Positions 60,722 to 64,000 of a DNA stretch of 64,000 nucleotides are shown here, piece after piece (within the stretch, counting starts at the first letter, position 1; each line of letters begins with the position of its first letter). This DNA is from Candidatus Micrarchaeota archaeon. Its GTDB lineage: Archaea; Micrarchaeota; Micrarchaeia; Micrarchaeales; CABMGC01. Below the pieces are notes generated by a model. The model made no database searches. It worked only from the letters and a program-made list of their open reading frames with translations, and was not told the DNA's origin. Position numbers and translations under genes: made by a program. Location of the stretch: contig JAJZKO010000001.1 in NCBI GenBank assembly GCA_021850805.1, positions 45,885 to 109,884 on the forward strand, given 5' to 3'.

Positions 60722-60843
60722 CCTCTCCTAGAACCGCAGGTGCAGCCGCAATCGCAGCCATCCTTACATATGCATCCTGATGAGCAGCCGCACATGCACC
60801 TTCCTCCGCATTCGCATCCCGCGCCTGCGCCCTGATTAGCCAT
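60718..60843 (-). CDS. Metallothionein-like Cys-rich peptide (41 aa)
   Basis: MANQGAGAGCECGGRCMCGCSSGCICKDGCDCGCTCGSRRG*; 11 Cys in CxC arrays; stop overlaps the esterase ATG. Confidence 0.72.
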   Translation of the reverse strand: MANQGAGAGCECGGRCMCGCSSGCICKDGCDCGCTCGSRRG

Positions 60844-60903
60844 CTCATACCCACTTCCGCTGCGCGTGATATCCGTGCATCTTATCCCTATTATTAATCA
60901 ATC

Positions 60904-61362
60904 ATGGGATTTATATTTGGTTCTATGCATTTCGCTGCAAAATTTATTGTTATTGCAGTTTTGGCTGTGATATTGGTAGTTGCAGTTTATTACGCGTGGA
61001 ACGCGGAAAACCACGGCGCCTCTGTGAACTTTTCTTACGCACATATCAGCCTTGGGGACGGCAGAGTCAATGGGACTTACTGGATAGCAAATACGCTGGA
61101 TGCGCAGGAATACGGATACATGAATGCCTCCTCCCCTGAAGTATTGGGCAATGGAGAGAGGTGCAGCATTTGCACAGGTATGCTCTTTGAATTCGGGTAC
61201 AATCAGGTAATATGCATGTGGATGAAGAATACTAAGATGCACCTCCTGATCAGGTGGTTTTATCTTAACGGGAGCCTATCTTACGAACGCGTAGGGATAC
61301 CTTATAACACAACCCAATACTGCGCATATGCTGCTTATGTCGTTGAGACAGAGACATCATGA
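60904..61362 (+). CDS. DUF192 family protein
   Basis: GMLFEF...MWMKNT...YVVET pattern with N-terminal TM. Confidence 0.72.
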   Translation: MGFIFGSMHFAAKFIVIAVLAVILVVAVYYAWNAENHGASVNFSYAHISLGDGRVNGTYWIANTLDAQEYGYMNASSPEVLGNGERCSICTGMLFEFGYNQVICMWMKNTKMHLLIRWFYLNGSLSYERVGIPYNTTQYCAYAAYVVETETS

Positions 61363-61371
61363 GCGCCTGGC

Positions 61372-62958
61372 TTATTTGGGCTCTGGATAAAAGTCCATCC
61401 CGTAGATACCGTCTATATTTAATATCCGTGACTTACCTTTCCTTCCCTTCATTACTATAGTGTAAAAGGGAAGCGCAGCTTCCTTGGACCACATAACCCT
61501 AGAACCGGGAAAGAGCGAGGCTGCTATCTTCTCCATATATTTTGATCCGCCTTTTATGCGGTAATGCACAGAATTTGCGTCTGAAGCTTCTTCTGTTCTG
61601 CGCATATCTTCTGGTATCGAGAACCCGTGGGTGACGATTGGAGTGTAATACTTGCCTTCAAGCCTTACCTGCCCTTTCTTTTCGAGCTTTTTAAGAATGG
61701 TTCCTGCACTTATCAGATCCGTCTTCAGCTTTTTTGAGATGTATTCTGCGCTTGTACGGCCACTCTTCTGCACTTCTTCAAGTGCCTTTGCTTCTTCTCC
61801 TGAAAGCCTTGCACCCTTTATGCGCACGCATTCGACCTGCTGCCTTTGTTTAATCCTGAAGGCGAGTCCATCACCTATAAGAACCGTGCTGTCCTCATAT
61901 TCGCCTCGCTTCTTTGAAGGTATGAGTATTCTCATCATATATGCATCTATATATTCGGGGCTTACAGACTCTATCGCCTCTGTCTCGCTCCCGAAGAGCA
62001 TGAATTCCTTCCTTGACTTTTTTCTGGCTATGGATCGTGCGTCGATCTCGTTTACACACCTGGCCAGAGAGGACAGGCGGAGATTATGCTTAGCCTGTAT
62101 TTTTTGCTTCTGTGCAGGAGACGTTTCAGGATTCTTTCCTGCACCCCGTATGTCCTTTAGAAGTTCAGCCATGGGAATGTTCTTTCTTCCATAAGCCTGG
62201 GAGAGCGATGGAGTGCTTCCTGAATGCACCACTTCCCTGCGCTTCACCCTGAGAACCGCTTCTTCGGCTCCCTCAATGCCGAACGGAAGGAAACTGCCGG
62301 TCTGCAGCCTCGGGAGCATATCCAGCTGTTCCTGCCTGCTGAATAGTATCCTTATCGCCTGCACGTCGTTTTCGATGCTCAGCTTTCCTATGAATCCGTA
62401 GGAGCACTGAGCCAGGACATTCTTGCTTATGTTGGCAGGCCTCTGCGTTGCGACTAGAAGCCCTATGCCACGCTTCCTTCCCCTTACGCTGATTTCCTCT
62501 ATCATATTCCTCTTTTGCCTTACTACCTGTGGTGCAAACTTGTCAGCTTCCTCAATTACAACCAGAAACGGCCTTTTGATGCCCTCTTCCATTGAATACA
62601 GCTCAGAGAGCACGGACTGGACGCTCACGTCCTTGTCAAGGGTATCGGAGAGATCATAGATTACAGGTATTCCGTACTTCATGCTCTCTGCAAATACCGC
62701 TCCCATGCGTTCTGATGGTTTTATGTCTGCGGAAGGGTTGCTCTCCGAGATCCATATCGCATTGAATTTTGACTTTATTGATGCATACTCTCCTTCGGTG
62801 TCTATCACCATGAAAGGGAGGCCGAGTTTGCAGAGCTCCTCGACTATTACCCCAACTAGATATGATTTTCCGGAGCCGCTCTGTCCTATAACGCATCCGC
62901 GTCCTGTCATCACCTGCTGTGCGTCTATATTGAAATCTTCAGAGAGATTTATCTGCAA
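61372..62958 (-). CDS. HerA-like (DUF87) ATPase with C-terminal winged helix
   Basis: GQSGSGKS, IDTEGEY, VIEEADKFAPQ, RGRKRGIGLLVATQRP. Confidence 0.85.
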   Translation of the reverse strand: MQINLSEDFNIDAQQVMTGRGCVIGQSGSGKSYLVGVIVEELCKLGLPFMVIDTEGEYASIKSKFNAIWISESNPSADIKPSERMGAVFAESMKYGIPVIYDLSDTLDKDVSVQSVLSELYSMEEGIKRPFLVVIEEADKFAPQVVRQKRNMIEEISVRGRKRGIGLLVATQRPANISKNVLAQCSYGFIGKLSIENDVQAIRILFSRQEQLDMLPRLQTGSFLPFGIEGAEEAVLRVKRREVVHSGSTPSLSQAYGRKNIPMAELLKDIRGAGKNPETSPAQKQKIQAKHNLRLSSLARCVNEIDARSIARKKSRKEFMLFGSETEAIESVSPEYIDAYMMRILIPSKKRGEYEDSTVLIGDGLAFRIKQRQQVECVRIKGARLSGEEAKALEEVQKSGRTSAEYISKKLKTDLISAGTILKKLEKKGQVRLEGKYYTPIVTHGFSIPEDMRRTEEASDANSVHYRIKGGSKYMEKIAASLFPGSRVMWSKEAALPFYTIVMKGRKGKSRILNIDGIYGMDFYPEPK

Positions 62959-63149
62959 TTGCCCACCGCAAGGCGCTTTTTCCTAGCACCGTAACTTATT
63001 ACTTATGCCTTTATTTTATACCTTGCTGTGTGGTACTATCCTGCAGGCGCAGCGTACGCCTGCTTTAATGATATACTTGCGTAAACTGCACAGAAACAAA
63101 GATATAAATTAAATTTAGCGTTTACTTGATTACTAATTCTGGTGGTTTA

Positions 63150-63968
63150 ATGGTAGAGAATGTAGATGTTAATGGGGAAATGGTAGAGTACCGGAGCGGC
63201 GATCATAAGATAAAGGCTTACGTGGCATCGCCTAACTCTGAGACTGGCAAACTTCCTGCAGTTATTGTTGTGCATGAAATATTTGGGCTTGATGCCCATA
63301 TAGAGGATGTCGCAAGGAGATTTGCGGCAGAGGGCTATATCGCCGTGGCCCCGGATCTGTACAGCAAACCGGGAATGCCTGTGACTCCGCAGGAGATAGA
63401 GAAAGGCATGGGGTTTATGATGAGCCTGCCGCCATCTGAGATGAGAAATCATGAGTATGTCGCTGCCAGGATACAGGAGCTTCCGAAGGATGATGGGGAG
63501 GTCGTGGGAAAGGCGATAAGATGGCTCACCGGAAGGAACCTTGATGAGCATGTTCCTGACCTTAAAGCAGGATTTGAGTGGGTTGCCCGGAACAGGTCGG
63601 TTGATAAGAATAGGATATTCGCGATAGGATTCTGTATGGGAGGCACGCTGGTAGGTAAGCTTGCCGCTGAGGGCACGGAGCTTGCAGGGGCAAGCATATT
63701 CTATGGGGAGAATCCAGCTGCTGAGAAGATAGCCAGGATAAAGTGCCCTGTGCTAGGCATATACGGTGGGGAGGACCATAGGATAACTGACAAGGTGCCA
63801 GAGCTTGAGAAGCTTATGAAGGAGAATGGCAAGAGCTTCAGGTACAGGATTTTCCCTGGCGCGTATCATGCGTTCTTCAACGATACCAGGAAGATGTACA
63901 ACAAGGAAGCTGCCGCAGATGCCTGGAGAGAGGTTCTTGGCTTCTTTGGAAAAGAGGGAAATGAGTAG
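63150..63968 (+). CDS. Dienelactone hydrolase family protein
   Basis: HEIFGL, GFCMGG nucleophile Cys, GGED, HAFFND. Confidence 0.92.
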   Translation: MVENVDVNGEMVEYRSGDHKIKAYVASPNSETGKLPAVIVVHEIFGLDAHIEDVARRFAAEGYIAVAPDLYSKPGMPVTPQEIEKGMGFMMSLPPSEMRNHEYVAARIQELPKDDGEVVGKAIRWLTGRNLDEHVPDLKAGFEWVARNRSVDKNRIFAIGFCMGGTLVGKLAAEGTELAGASIFYGENPAAEKIARIKCPVLGIYGGEDHRITDKVPELEKLMKENGKSFRYRIFPGAYHAFFNDTRKMYNKEAAADAWREVLGFFGKEGNE

Positions 63969-64000
63969 GTGCATGCATGCAGGAAAGGCTAGAGTGGAAA

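Noticed and set aside
60348..60854. 168-aa minus-strand ORF
   Set aside because: Overlaps the esterase out of frame; the Cys-rich frame 60718..60843 fits the gene spacing better
1..64000. CRISPR arrays, tRNAs, integrases/transposases, reverse transcriptase/DGR
   Set aside because: None recognised by eye; the pilin repeat differences are synonymous and not adenine-specific, so not DGR-like

Overview
Archaeal chromosomal window, most consistent with an acidophilic DPANN Micrarchaeota-like genome. This is inferred from archaeal Spt5/uL11/Nmd3/Dim2/Top6B/SecDF, a stand-alone 5S rRNA and many class III signal-peptide proteins. Left half: prpD plus a crotonase-thiolase-hydroxyacyl-CoA dehydrogenase cluster, secF/secD, housekeeping genes, a Tad/type IV pilus operon (17.5-23.6 kb) and a complex I-like operon nuoABCDHIJKLN lacking nuoM and nuoEFG. 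Right half: the best candidate for an undescribed system, a ~22 kb T4SS/Ced-like envelope locus (37.8-59.6 kb). It contains a VirB2/TrbC-like pilin, a GT-C-like glycosyltransferase, six tandem paralogous CedA/VirB6-like membrane proteins, two paralogous membrane-anchored proteins, a VirB4/CedB-like ATPase followed by a stand-alone copy of its own C-terminal domain, and a very basic membrane-anchored protein. No relaxase or integrase is visible. Found outside the ORF track: a 41-aa, 11-Cys metallothionein-like ORF, a 54-aa internally deleted copy of a LamG pilin-like gene, a hidden pilin ORF without an in-frame ATG before its signal, a 53-aa basic ORF, and a perfect 233-bp inverted duplication that interrupts a gene. 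All family assignments are by motif recognition; no database searches were run.
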